The notes under the pieces: generated by a model
Database searches by the model: none
What the model saw: only the letters and a program-made list of their open reading frames with translations
Told to the model about the DNA's origin: nothing
Assembly: GCA_951406725.2 (NCBI GenBank)
Contig: OX597828.1
Span: forward strand, 55,366,001 to 55,430,000
Length of the DNA: 64,000 nt
Direction of reading: 5' to 3'
Source of the DNA: Octopus vulgaris
Taxonomy: Eukaryota
Program-made: the position numbers and the translations under genes
Shown: positions 37,151 to 51,845 of the stretch, piece by piece
Numbering within the stretch: the stretch's first letter is position 1
Layout of the letters: the number at the start of each line of letters is the position of its first letter

Positions 37151-37447
37151 TGTTCCTTCTCGAGCCATGCCCAGCTCATAAGGGCCGGTTTCCTGGTTTC
37201 CTTGGCGTATAGGTTCCCCACCTTGACAGGACGCCGGTCCGTCGCAGGTGAGCTTCAAGATGCAGGAGGAAGGAATGAGAGAAAGTTGTGGCGAAAGAAT
37301 CAGCAGAAGTTCGCCATTACCTTCTGCCGGAGCTCCGAGGAGCTTTGGTGTTTCGCTCGTAAACGCGCACATCGCCAGGCCTCAAATTCGGGCCCGAGAT
37401 TCCTCGACCGCGAGTCCGCTGCTCTAACCACTAGGCCATGTGTCTCC

Positions 37448-37449
<2 letters not shown>
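37151..37449 (-). mobile_element. tRNA-derived SINE family C with an alternative 3' tail
   Basis: Head and body (gagagaaagttgtggcgaaaga; accgcgagtccgctgctctaaccactaggcc) shared with 32690-32880. The tail at 37151-37260 is unrelated to 32578-32690. Confidence 0.75.
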
Positions 37450-37478
<29 letters not shown>

Positions 37479-37479
37479 C

Positions 37480-37613
<134 letters not shown>

Positions 37614-37939
37614 ACATACATATATATAATACAAAGAAAATAGAGAATGTATACTATACTGAATAAACAATATATTTATTATAATAGTCAATATTGCCTA
37701 CGGGTGTTTCGGTTTATTACTTAAATCGATATTTATACAATTACGTTGCATTATGAATTTGAAAAACAGAAACCTTCAGTGGGGCAAAAATTTACTGTTA
37801 TCAAGGTAAGATTTTCTTTACTTTTTCACGTATCCTAAAGGATGTTGAAGTGATCCTAACGTGTTTTGCGTGTGCTTTTTAAATGGCTTATAGACACCTT
37901 CCACTCTTCAATTATTGATATATATATATATAACATTCT

Positions 37940-38135
37940 GTCCGGCATCCGCCGTGATAGATCGCTAGCCACTACACATTCTTTATTTTCTCTTCTTGTT
38001 TCTTTCTCTGTCCCTTTCTGTGGAAGAGCGTAGGCTCGAAACGTTAAAGAATTTTTCACCTCCTTAGCGTTAAACTAATCTGTTGTTGTCTGCACCACCA
38101 ATCTTCCTCTTTTGTTTTTTGTGAATTCTCCCTAT
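37940..38135 (+). mobile_element. Penelope-like short element with hammerhead-like motif (38014-38049)
   Basis: CTTT-CTGTGGA-A-GAGC(GTAG)GCTC-GAAA-CG-T-T-AAAG. Homologous to 20270-20458. Confidence 0.6.
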
Positions 38136-38239
38136 ACATATATGCGTGTGGTACGTGCGTGTGTAATATATGTATATTACATATGTGTATGTATGTATGT
38201 ATGTATGTATACATGTATAAATACGTATATTCACACACA

Positions 38240-38293
<54 letters not shown>

Positions 38294-39129
38294 CATATAT
38301 CTATCTAACTATATAAAGAGAGAGAGAGAGAGTGAGAAAGAGACGTGGTCAGAGAGAAAATAGTGAGAAATTAAATGACAGAACGAAAGAGAGAAAGAGA
38401 GAAGGAGAGGAGGAGGAGGAAAGAAAGAGATTGATAGAGAAAAGGGAGCGGCAGTGTTTGTATTTGGTCTACATTAATAACGTTTGGCAATTAGACAACG
38501 ATCAATAGTCTACTGCATTCAGTCTCCACTCTCACTACTCCCTCCTACGGCACAGACCCTTAGCAATAATCAAAACACTGGCACACTCTGCTTATCAAAG
38601 CGGAAAGTAAGCTCCAGTCTGTCTCCAAGACCCTCTTTTCTTCAACTATTCCACCCAATCCCACCAATCTGTATTCTACCCCGTCCGTTCTTCGTGACAT
38701 TTCCCCGATCTTTGTCTCATATTGTGCGTTAATATTCGCACAATAAATCGTCTTGTTTCATGTATATTATAATCATTTATCTTTCAATGAAAACGAAGTT
38801 TCCTTCCAGTAAACCAGATGACATCTTTTATTTCAGTCAAGAAATGGGAAGTTGTGATGCTCATTCTTTCACCAAAGTCATTATGTAATTTATATACATA
38901 TACATATATGTCCATACATATACATATATATATATATGTATATATACATATATACTTATATATCTATACACACACACACACACACACACTCATATATATA
39001 TATAGATAGATAGATAGGTATAGATAGATAAGTATAGATAGATAGGTAGATAGATATATAGATAGCTAGATACATAGGTAGATAGATAGATATATAGATA
39101 GATAGGTAGATAGATTAGATAGATAATCG

Positions 39130-39525
39130 GACATGATTGTTGGCGATCTTTTTCCCTCCTTCGTCTTGGACTTTTCTGTTTCTTCCTGTTTCCGAAGAAG
39201 AGCTATGCTCAAAACGTAAAACTTCTACTCTTTTCCTTCTCTGATTGTCTTATTAATACATTACTTGTGCCACGCCCAAACGTTTGCTTGTTTTTTGTCT
39301 GTTTCTGCTTTTTTAATTGATTATATGTATATATATATAAAACGAAGAACAAACGCAAAAAGCAACAACGCGAGGACGTGGTACGTGTAAAGTATTAGTA
39401 GACGCTCAGGGACGGAAAGAAAGGTGGTTTGACGTTTCGAGCAAACGCTCTTCTTCAGAAACAGAGGAAGGTCCAATAGAAAACGAAGAGGGAGAAAAAA
39501 AATCGCCAACGATTCACATGTGGTT
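39130..39525. mobile_element. Tail-to-tail pair of diverged Penelope-like short elements around a short TA run
   Basis: Plus copy at 39130-39320 (decayed motif 39188-39222) and minus copy at 39340-39525. Both are related to 4022-4228. Confidence 0.6.
39427..39462 (-). ncRNA. Minimal type I hammerhead ribozyme motif with GUC site
   Basis: Minus strand reads GTTT-CTGAAGA-A-GAGC(GTTT)GCTC-GAAA-CG-T-C-AAAC. Confidence 0.7.
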
Positions 39526-39558
39526 ACACACAGACACACACAAACACAGACACACACA

Positions 39559-39617
<59 letters not shown>

Positions 39618-40942
39618 GTATGTATGTATGTATATATAAAATGCAAAATGGGACAACAAAACATCCAGTTCACACACACACACACACGCACACATATATA
39701 TGCATATATACATATATATATAAATATATATACATACACACGCACACACACACATATATATAAATATATATACATATACGCACACACACATAGAGATACA
39801 CATGCATATAAAATATGTTTATCAAAATCTAATTTATCATCGTTAGTCCGACCAAATGTTGTTTCGCCCAGAGGTCATCGGAAATGTGAGGCGAAACAAT
39901 ATACTTTTATTCACTCACAGATTTATCCTTGAACACATTTTTGTAAGTCCCCACCCCACCTGATTTTCTGTCCTAATAGCTTCAAAAGACGAAATGTCAT
40001 TTTAATGGCATTTTCTACAAATACGCTTCAGATGGCGTAGATTCCGATTGTATCGGAATTTGTTGTGAAAATACATTGACCGCAGGTGGAAAGGGGAGTT
40101 TGGGAAAATTCACACGAGTCAGATTTGTTTCCCTACAACATTTATATAAATGGTTAATTTTTCATCAAATTTACTACAAATACCTTTCAGATTGTATACA
40201 TAATGATCATATCGGAATTTAATATGAAAAAAAGAAAATAATATATGCACAAATACATAGTAACACACATCATAATATTTCCCCGAAATTTCATGCCTCC
40301 CCCACCTTGACTCAGGATATGATAACTGGAGACTGAGTGACAGAGAGCTGCACCAGCATCTGGTGCTACTTATTGACTGCTAGGTAGAGTGAAACAGGGT
40401 GAAAGGAAGTGCCTTGTTCAAGGATACAAAACAACACCCGGCCCAGGGATCGAATTGACCACATCATTATTGAGAGCCAATATACTATAACTATAAGAAC
40501 TTGAACTCAGAGCTACGTGGTTGCAAAATCAACTTCTTGATCGCGCAACAATTCCTGCATTGATCACTATAGCGAGAGGTTCATCCGTATTCCGTTAGTC
40601 GTGGCGTGGTGTAATCATGCATGCTGGGCCAGCAAAACAACAACAACAACAACGTGAGTCGTTTGCCTCTTTAGAACGGCCACTTCAAACACGAAGTATA
40701 GCTGACACTTGAAAGACAAAGCTAACGATGGAATATTTCCAAAGAACACTTAAATCAAAATACGTTATCATCAAAATAACTATCTAATTATAATTCAGAT
40801 ATCGTTCCATAGAAATTAATTTTTTTCCCTATAATATTCTGTAAAGTTTTGGTTATACTTTCTTCAGCAAGTTACAGGAAACTAAAGCTATAGTAATTCG
40901 GTGGTGGTGAATCTTAAGAGTGCGAGATGAGATCAGAATTGT

Positions 40943-40991
<49 letters not shown>

Positions 40992-40996
<5 letters not shown>

Positions 40997-41212
40997 AGGT
41001 ATAGGATAAAATCTTTATAAGAATTTATCAAGTAGTTTGCGTGAAAAACCTCATAAGGGAAAAATTTATTAATCATTCCCTATAAATATATTTATTTATA
41101 TTAAGGGTATTACTATATATAAATGCCTCACGCTAGGAGGGACACTTAAACTCAAAACTTTAAGAGTCCCGCCTAGCGTGAGTCATTTATGTATAGTAAT
41201 GCCCTTAATATA
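40992..41212 (-). mobile_element. (TA)n-embedded element with a terminal 54-bp inverted duplication
   Basis: Arms 41097-41150 and 41159-41212 (few mismatches). A single arm of the same sequence occurs at 4344-4400. Confidence 0.55.
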
Positions 41213-42491
41213 TATATATAGGTAAAGCCATCAATGAATTCTATTTTTCATGTACTGCATGTCTGAATATACTTGAGCATATTTTTGCAAGCATTAAACA
41301 TATAAACATACATTCTCTCAGCAATATAACTATTAATAGCAGATCTGTGATTTTACCATTTTTTCTTTTGCTACTGTCTAAGATGGCGGTGGTCGGAGAT
41401 TGCAGTTCGCTTTGTTCTTAACACCGCCAATAACCAATACCACAACCGACACCAGCAGCACCACTGCCGACACCACCAGTACCAACAACAACAATATATA
41501 AACCATTACCATCGTCAATATATACATGCCATCCCCACTCAGATTACCCCTCCCACTTATCTTCAGCACTCTTATTGATTTTTATTATCTTTTTTTCTTG
41601 TTATTTTATTCTCAAACTTAAATATCCTGTTTTTGTGTGTTATTAAATATGTTTATGATTTAAGGTTAATCTCAACATTTCCGTCTTGAGAAAATAGCTT
41701 TAATTTCCGGTTGCAATTAATGAATTCACCTCAGATTATATCTTCGTTTCCTCTTCTTCCTTCCGTCCTACCTTCTTTCCTTCCTCCTCTGCCACTTTCT
41801 CTTTCTTCTCTCTCTTCTTCTCCAGCATCTCCTCCTCCTCCATCATCATCATCATCATTATCATCATCATCATCTTCTTGTTCTTGTTGTTCTTATTGTT
41901 GTTGTTGTTGTTGTTGTTGTTGTTCTTCTTCTTCTTCTTCTTCTTCTCCTCTTCTTCTTCTTCTTCTTCTTCTTCTTCTTCTTCTTCTTCTCCTCTTCTT
42001 CTTCTTCTTCTCCTCTTCTTCTTCTTCCTCTTTATCTCCTCCTCTTCCTTCTTCTCCTTCACTTCCTCCGGCTCCTTTCTCTTAGTTTTGCTCTGCAGCT
42101 ATTAAATTCTTTCTGGTACCATTTATCATTTTTATGTCAGAATTTCTATGAAAACTATCGCCGTTTAAATCATCATCGCCAAGCTGTTAGAAAACGGGCT
42201 TCATTTCTTTCCTTCTCCTTCTTCCCATTCATTCATTTTCTTTTTTTTTAATCTTGTTTTATTCTGATTTTTCTTTTCCTTTTCCATTTTCTTTTTCTCT
42301 TTCTTTCTTTTTGTTTTTGGTAAAACTCAGCAATTGTGATAATGGTCAATATGACAGCAACATCGAAAAGCAGCGGACTCTGGAATATGAAATGTTGTTT
42401 CAATTTCCGGCTGAAGCAAAATTTGCTTTCATTTAGAACGCTTATACCTTCAGGGTAAATCATGAGTATTATAATGAAAACTGTTACAGGA

Positions 42492-42584
<93 letters not shown>

Positions 42585-42590
42585 TATATA

Positions 42591-42716
<126 letters not shown>

Positions 42717-44024
42717 TCATAGATAGGTATATAAATAGAGAACCTGGATAACAGATATATCATCGATATCCTTAATTCTCTCACTACCTCTCTGCCCCTC
42801 TTCTCTCTCTCTCACTCTCCTTTATTTCACAGTGTATTTTCCGTCTTTTATTTTTCATTTATGTTTCTGCTCCTTGAGTCAAATAAAATTCCCTTCTATT
42901 CCTCCTCATTCAATTTTTGTCTTTCTAGCCTCTCCTTTTTTTGTGGGTTCGTCGGATTACAGTACCTAATATATTTACTTGTAATTTGAGGGAGAGTGTA
43001 GATTGTGAAGTGGGTGATATTTGGCTGTTATTTCTAGTGGTTTGTATGATTATATATTAGCTCCATCATTAGCTTCACTATTTCGTTGATATAAAAAAGT
43101 TAATGAGTACATAGAAGCCAGTATTCAGTGTTGCGGTGTATGCCTTAGGACAAAGAAATCAGGTTCTATGCTGGGGGATCGAGAAGGAAATCGTAGAGCC
43201 GAAACTGCGGCTGGCTTATTGTTTCCTCGCTTGTTTTATTCTGTTCTTGCCCTCTTGGTTGAAACAGGAATAAAATATCTCCATCCATGAACGTCACATC
43301 CGGCCTGCTCCTGCGTAGCCATCTAATTCAGGCTGTTTGTATACATCTCACTATCTGTCTCTCTGTCCGCCTGTGCTTGCCTATTTGTCTATTTGCCTTG
43401 CCTGTCTGTCTGTCTTTCTTTCTTGCTTTTTTCTTTCTTTCTCTCTCTCTATATATATCTCTCTATCTCTTTCTTCCTCTCCCAAGCGACTTCTTTAAAA
43501 TCCTCGTGCTGTCGTGTTCACTTAACCTCTGTCACACTCACTTGCCGTCTAGTCCTGATGCTTTGGCTTTGTCCCTTCTCTCGAATATCGAACTGAATAT
43601 CATATATCTAGCTAGTTATTTCTCATTGCATATGTGTGTGCATATGCATGTGATTGTGTGTGTGTGTGTGTTTGTGCATATATGTGTGTGTGTGTTCAAC
43701 TATTATGTGTGTACTTCACATCGGCGCGTTTACGACCAGCAGCCTCATCCCTTGAGCGATTTGTACGATACACTAGAAAACAAGATGTTACTTGTCGTTC
43801 GTTCGACCTAATTCCATTTCCTGAAGACAAAAGGCACCACGTGAGACTCTATTAAAATGCATTGTAACCGATTTTGAGAGAATGAGAAAATGCAAAATTG
43901 CCTCTACTATTTGACTGCTGCTAAATTTCCCTGAAGCATAAAAGACAAAGTTGACATCAGAGAGATTTGAACACACACGCATACACACATATTTACACAC
44001 ACATACGCACATTCACACACACAT

Positions 44025-44067
<43 letters not shown>

Positions 44068-44108
44068 CGTACATATGCACATATATACGCATAAATGTAT
44101 GTATACCA

Positions 44109-44331
44109 TTTACTCTTACTCTTATATTTGTTTGAGTTATTTGACTACGGCCATGCTGGAGCACCGCCTTTGATCGAACAAATCGACCTTAGCACTTATC
44201 TATAAGCCTAGTACTTATTCTATTGGTCACTTTTACCCAACCGCTAAGTTAGGGAAACGTAATCACACCAACATCGGTTTTCAAGCGATGGTGGGAGGAC
44301 AAATACAGACACAAACACACACGCACGCACG

Positions 44332-44386
<55 letters not shown>

Positions 44387-44550
44387 ACGACGGGCTTCTT
44401 TCCGTTTCCGTCTTCCAAATTCACTCACAAAGCATTAGTCAGCTCGAGGATATAGTAGAAGACACTTGTCCAAGGTGCCACGCAGTGGGACTGAACTCGG
44501 AACCATGTGGTTGGTAAGCAAGCTACTACCCACACAGCCACTCTTGCGCC
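44109..44550 (-). mobile_element. SINE family B, complete
   Basis: Reverse complement of the head, CORE-like region, internal (CA)n and 3' half. Confidence 0.85.
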
Positions 44551-44646
44551 TATGCATGTATGTATGTATGTACGTATGTATGTACATATGTAGGTATGTA
44601 TGTAGGTATGTATGTATGCATGTCTTTCTGTCTCTGTCTCTGTCTT

Positions 44647-44681
<35 letters not shown>

Positions 44682-44702
44682 ATATATATATATATATATA
44701 TA

Positions 44703-44908
44703 TAGTGAGAATTTACCAAAGAAGCAAAATACGAAGACGGGTGTCTAAACAACAAAAAGATGTGTTAGTTTAACGCTCGGAAAGAAAGAAGGTATTTTAC
44801 GTTTCGAGCCTACGCACTTCGACAGAAAGGAACACAGAATTAAACAGGGAGAGAAAATAGTAAAAAGTTTAGTTGTTAGCGATCTATCATGGCGAATACC
44901 GGACAGAG
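44703..44908 (-). mobile_element. Penelope-like short element with hammerhead-like motif (44794-44829)
   Basis: Minus strand reads CTTT-CTGTCGA-A-GTGC(GTAG)GCTC-GAAA-CG-T-A-AAAT. Homologous to 20270-20458. Confidence 0.55.
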
Positions 44909-45130
44909 GACTCATACAAGAGAGCTAGGAAGGAAGGGAGATAATAAAGTGGTGGTGATCCCAAAACGAAGGTGCGCGTGCGTGTGTATGTGAGAGCGTG
45001 TATGTGCGTGTGGAAGGGGGTGACGTTGACGTGTGCGTGTGTGCATGTGTAGGTGTGTGGATGATGATGTAGGTGCTGGGAAGGGGTTAGTGCTAGCGTT
45101 TGTGGGGTGTTGTGATGTGGTGTATAGCTT

Positions 45131-45220
<90 letters not shown>

Positions 45221-45749
45221 ATATATATATATATACATATATACATATAATTATATATCAGCAGATTGAGTGAAATTTTCCTAGGATTAAAAATTGGCAA
45301 AATTAGATAATCCAGGATTTATCGTATGTGAAATAGAAAGAGGGACAGGTTCATAGCTGAAACCATTTTCTTCTCCAATCTCTCATTTTCTCACCTTAAC
45401 ACTTTACATTTTCCCTATTTTCTTTCAAACTAAATAAAAAAATCTCAATTTTTTCCTCGTTTCATTTTTCATCTTTCACCTTTTCCTATTTACTCTTCTC
45501 TAACCTTTAAAACGTTATATTTTTAAAACCCAGCCCTACACATCGCTGTTCATTCTTTCTTTCACTCCATTCTTCTTTGCTCTTTGTCTTAACTTTTCTG
45601 CCACATTCCTTCGAACGACCAGTTTTATCTTTTGCTCGTTTATTTTCCCTTCTATTTCAGCATTTGATTTCTTTCATCTCACGCGCGGACAAAAGGCTTC
45701 AAATTTATTGAATCGAGAATAGTGGAATTAATTACTAAAAGCATTTAAA

Positions 45750-45930
45750 TGAAGCTTATTTTATCAACTTTGGCAGAATGAGAGGATGAGTTCGGTGGAA
45801 TTTCACCTCAGAACATTAAGAATGATACAAAACATTGTTAATTTGACAGGCGATTAACACATTTTGCCTTTCATCAACGCAAGGATAATAATAGTGGATT
45901 CAAAGTATTGGCATAGAGTCAGTTATTTTG

Positions 45931-45970
<40 letters not shown>

Positions 45971-46110
45971 ATTAAGCAGACCTCAGTGTTCTACTGGTAC
46001 TTATTTTACTGATTTTGGGAAAGACAAAATGCAAAGTTGAACTCGGTGGAATTTAAACTCAGAAACTAGAGTCGAAAGACTCTCAGCCTCTTGAAACTGC
46101 CAGCTTGCCA
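45750..46110 (-). mobile_element. Two old tandem family-A SINE relics
   Basis: ttcggtggaatttcacctcagaa and aaagttgaactcggtggaatttaaactcagaa cores. Confidence 0.5.
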
Positions 46111-47563
46111 GTTTCATAATGATCAAGATAATAAAAATCCCTTTTAATTTTGACCCAAGGTCAGCACAAAACCACTCATTTCGGAGGAAGAATTCGCTAA
46201 TTTTTTGTTTAACCCCAGGTCAGGCATGATTTAGGAGATGTATAAGCAAAGGCGTTCTCGTCACGGCAATACAATTTATTACTTAAAGAAGTTTTCTAGG
46301 ACCATTTTATTTCTTAATTTGGAAGAAATTTAATTATTTTTTCCCCAAAGAAATTAGAACGAATCCATAAAGAGTCTCTAAAAACGGTGGATTGCTCGAT
46401 AAAATTGACGGTTACCCAGTTCGGCTTCACTGAATTCGCTGCTCTCATTAACTTAACTGGAGAGCAGAATTTTTCTCTTCACTTTCATTACCTTATTTAA
46501 GCGATCCTTAAAGAAGTTTAAGAGGATTGTACCGGCTGGAAAACCCCCTCGTCTTCGCCCTTTTAGGCCTCAAATGCTATGCTATTTCTTATTCGAAAGC
46601 GTTAATCATCCTTATAAAGGATTCAAATCGGCTGGCAGTTGAATGCCTTCTAACACCACGATAACAACAATTCGGGAATAAGTCTAGTGATTAATAATCA
46701 GTAGACATTTAACAAGTAATTCAGGATTGTTTCGTCGTTCTCACTACATTTCGAACACATTCATTATATAGTAAAAACTGCGCTTGTAGGGCCCGACACG
46801 ACAGCTCCATGGTGGTATTATTACTAGACTAATGATGTTGGAAATTATCCTTAAATTGCCGACCTGAAGCTCCATGTTCATAGGTTTTTCAAAGCCTCAT
46901 CGGCACGAGGTGTATGTCTCGTCGCTTATGGACTCCACTAAGACTGGACTGCTAGGGTAGACGTTCCACCGGCTGCATTGGTAGAGAAATGTAGCCATTT
47001 GTCAACACTCAATATGTTATAAGGTTTTCCTCAGTCTTGGCTTCACACAAGACTGTAACTCTGCTAAAGAGGCAAGCCAATTTCAAGCTTGACATATGAC
47101 GACTACATTTTCTCACCTCAGTGCACGTCCCTACATCATCTCATACTACACTCCGAGAGTGAGTTAGAGTCTGTGACAGTCGATAATGAACTTTATGGCC
47201 AAAACAAGGAACCGACTGAGCTGGTGACCAATGTATTCGAAGATTTTCACATGCGCCTTCTCCCGGAGGCGTCATGAGGTCGTGGTGAAAGCTGAGGGCT
47301 GCTACTTTGAGTAAACTGTTATCTTCCATCCATAATTTAGTTGGTAATGTTTTGAATTTTTAAAATATTAAACATTTTTGTTAGGGATATTGTTTTCTTT
47401 TCCTTTTATGCAAACTATCAAAACCACGTATTACAATCGTATACAATTGTACTTAAACTAACACTGATTCCGAATGAGGGTTCGTAAAAGTAGTCTATGA
47501 ATCAGCAAGAATTACCAGCTAAATCACCGGCAATTCCTCTAACTACACTTTATCTTAAATATT

Positions 47564-47786
47564 TGTTTCTTTATTGCCCACGGCGGGCTAAACATAGAGA
47601 GGACAAACAAAGGGATTAAGTCGATTACATCAACCCCAGTGCATAACTGTTACTTATTTAATCGACCCCGAAAGGATGAAAGGTAAAGTCGACCTCGGCG
47701 GAATTTGAACTCAGAATGTAACGGCAGACGAAATACTACTAAGCATTTCGCCCGGTGTGCTAACGTTTCTGCCAACTCGCCGCCTT
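47564..47786 (-). mobile_element. SINE family A, complete, tail type 1
   Basis: Full head, core and tail. Candidate TSD TCTTAAATATT at 47553-47563 and 47804-47814. Confidence 0.88.
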
Positions 47787-48036
47787 AAATTTGTCTTAAA
47801 TTGTCTTAAATATTGCATAATATTGCAGTCCTTGATACACTGTTCGTTTGTCTTACGTCTGGTTCTCTATGCTGGTATATACACTGTAAGTGTACTTATT
47901 TGAAACAGTAATTTTATAGGAGGATGTTCTTCCTGTCGCTAACCCTTTCCTGTTTTAGCAGTAAGTGCTTTGTTTATGTTATACTACTTTGTGAGCTTAG
48001 AGCTACAAATTATTAAAGAAAAAAAAACATGACAGA

Positions 48037-48088
<52 letters not shown>

Positions 48089-48249
48089 TAGAGAGAAAGA
48101 GAGAGAAAGGGAGAGAGAGAGAGAGAAGAGAGAAAGAGAGAATGGTAACGGCTGGAATAGCTTTTGATAAAAAGGTTTTTCGTGATCAAACCTAACGCGA
48201 GGTTAAACTAGAAGATGAAGTAGAAAGGGAAGAAGAACCAGCAGCAACA

Positions 48250-48737
<488 letters not shown>

Positions 48738-49767
48738 ACGAATTCAGTGACGGAACTCGTGGATGTTTTCTCGACTTCCAACAAATAACTATATCTTCTA
48801 TGAAGATTGCCCTGCCATCTTGAAAAAGACGGTAAATATATTTTGTGTTGTAGGCCTAGATAAGCTGCTTTTCGATATAACAATAAAACGGGGTGGCCAC
48901 AATTGGAATTATGTCATCTTGGAGTTTAAACAATAACAACAACAACAACAACAACAACAACAAAGATACCAACGATAGTCGCAGCAACGACAACAACTCT
49001 ACTTGAAATTCAGTTGTGATTCGTTGATTTGCAGTGTTCAATGCCATCTCCATCCCCTCCTTGGTGAGACGTATTTCTCCGATAAGACGGCCAGTCTATC
49101 GAAGGTGGTGGTGGTGGTGGTGGTGGTGAAGGCGGGTAGGGTTTTACTTGTAATCCACTTAACGTTACGGAAACTAGAGAGTTGATCTCTGCTCTCCTAT
49201 AGATTCTTGTCATTTAGACAAGGATTAACTTATTTTCAGCGTCAGCACACATCTTATCTCGTATTCCCTCCATCCCACTCAATTCTTACTCTCCTCCTGT
49301 CGTCTCTTCCATTTGTTGTTGTTGTTGTTGTTGTTGTTGTTCTTCTTCTTCTTCTTCTTCTTCTTCTTCTTCTTCTTCTCCTTCCCCCTCCATTGCCCCT
49401 CCTCCTCCTCCTTCTTCTCCCTTCCCCCTCTAATGCCCCTCCTTCTTCCCTCTCTTCTTCTTCTTCTTCTTCTTCTTCTTCTTCTTCTTCTTCCTTCCCC
49501 TCCAATGCCCCGTCCTCTTCCTTCTCCCCACTTCTTCTTCTTCTTCCAATCTTTCGGTGTCTTCACCTAACCCCAAACACGGCACCCACATCCTCAAGCT
49601 CCTCTCCCCACTCCTTCCTTTATCTCTCTCTCTCTCTCTCTCTTTCTCTTTCTTTCGCCACCTCTCCTCCTCTTCATCTCTGGTCTCTATGTCTTAGCTT
49701 TGTTCCAGCGTCAAAGTTTGTATATCACAGCAGTTCTACCATATGTAGGAAGAAATCCAAATCTTAC

Positions 49768-49854
49768 TGCCCCCTTCACGACGACGACGACGATGGCGAC
49801 CACCACCACCACCACCACCACCAAAATACAGGACAGCCACGGCTGGAATATCAT
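49768..49854 (-). CDS. Candidate first coding exon of a host secreted/membrane protein (signal peptide)
   Basis: ATG with an in-frame TGA two codons upstream. Encodes MIFQPWLSCILVVVVVVVVAIVVVVVKGA, immediately followed by a GTAAGA donor (phase 0). The hydrophobic core derives from GTG/GTC repeats, so chance is not excluded. Confidence 0.35.
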
Positions 49855-50170
49855 TGATCACGGTTTGCATGGACAGAGCTTGTTTGGTTCTCAAGCGCAA
49901 CAACAGCAAACCATTACTAACACCATCAAAATAACAACCATCACTACTGCTGCCACTGACAATGCCGCCACCGCCGCCACGGCTACGGAAACCACCACCA
50001 CCACCACCACCACCACCACTAACAACAACAACAACAACAACCTCAAGCATCAGCTATATTGACCATAGAAAGATCACCAATAGTAAAATTGCCTCAACAC
50101 GTATATATAGACAAACATGTGCGCGTCGAACTTCCCGCATACATATACAGATACGTGCATACGTACGAAC

Positions 50171-50369
<199 letters not shown>

Positions 50370-51715
50370 CATACATATATACACACATATATATACACAC
50401 ACTGCATACATACAGATACATACTGCATGGACACACACACATAAATATAAAGAGAGAAAGAGAGATAGAGAGAGAGAAATCGAGAGCGTGAAAGGCAGAT
50501 AGAGAGAAAGGGAAACATAAAGAGGTTCATGAATACAGAATGCAAAACAGTTCTTCTAAATGTCTCTGTCTGACGTCTGTCTGTCTGTCTCTCTCCTCTC
50601 TCTCTCTCTTTATACATACACGCACACATACGTATATACACAAGCACACACACACACACACACACACATATATGACATTGGAAAAACTAAGTGTAAACAC
50701 CATTAAAACCTAAAAAATATAAAACAGTACAAACACAAATATATATCCACAAATGTAGAAAACAAATATAAAAGCGAAAACCAAGTAAAACCGCAAAAAA
50801 AAACCTCCAATAAAAAACCTAAAAGGACAAGCATAGCATGGAACTATCGTATAATAAGCAAGACTGTCCATAAGAACCGGAGATCAAGATAAAATAGACC
50901 CCTTCCTAGACCACATAGAAGCACACTATTGAGAGATATGCACAAACACACGTATACACATAAACATTTATGAGCCCCAATAGAACGTAGACAGATGCTC
51001 ATTTAGAGGGAGATACACAGATTCACCGATATTCACAGCGTTGAAATCTCTGGAGGATGTTACTGTCTTTGAGAGATAGCCGCGAAACTAAATTGAATTT
51101 CTCGTCATTCTTATCCCTACTTCCAAATCTATTTGCTGGAAACCCACACGTGCTGTGCGTACATACATCCACGCACACAACTGACACTAACACATACTTA
51201 CACTCGTATGCTTACACACACACTGAGAGAGTGAGGAAGAAGGATAGAGGGGCAGGTAGAAAGAGAAATAGAGTGAAAGTATTTGCGACAGAGAGAGAGA
51301 GAGAATGTGTGAGGCACACACGTGCGCATACATGTAAACGTATATATTTATATATGTATAATGCATGTGCGTATAAACTATCTTTCGTATATCCTCGTAT
51401 GTATGTGTTTGCGTGCGTATAGAGATGTGTATATAAGCGTAGTGATGAGTGCATGAGTATATATGAGTGTGTATGGGCGCGTATGCGTAGACATATATAT
51501 ATATATGTGTGTGTTTGTATGTATAAGTACACGCGTGTGTGAGTATTATATAGATATATTTATACATACATGTGTGTGTGTGTGTGTGTACGGGTATGTG
51601 AGTGTGCATATGTGTGCATATGCTGATTCTATGAACGAAGTTTTACGTTCTCTATGTGTATTGGAGTAATTTCCCTTTCTTCAGCGTTTTTTTTTTTTTC
51701 GTAGCGTTTTTGTTT

Positions 51716-51778
51716 TAATAACTGATGAGATGCCAGAGCAGACTTAAGCCCCGGTATCCGAAACTCCGAGTTTTATTA
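51716..51778 (+). ncRNA. Type I hammerhead ribozyme motif
   Basis: TAATAA-CTGATGA-GATGCC(18 nt)GGTATC-C-GAAA-CTCCGAG-T-T-TTATTA: 6-bp helix I, canonical CUGAUGA and GAAA, 6-bp helix II, near-palindromic ACTCCGAGT helix III. (TA)n follows ~20 nt later. Confidence 0.7.
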
Positions 51779-51807
51779 TGACAACCAACTAATTGTCACA
51801 TATTATA

Positions 51808-51845
<38 letters not shown>

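Noticed and set aside
46770-47330. Possible decayed piggyBac-like or other transposase
   Set aside because: Only a vague resemblance; no diagnostic motif is recoverable.
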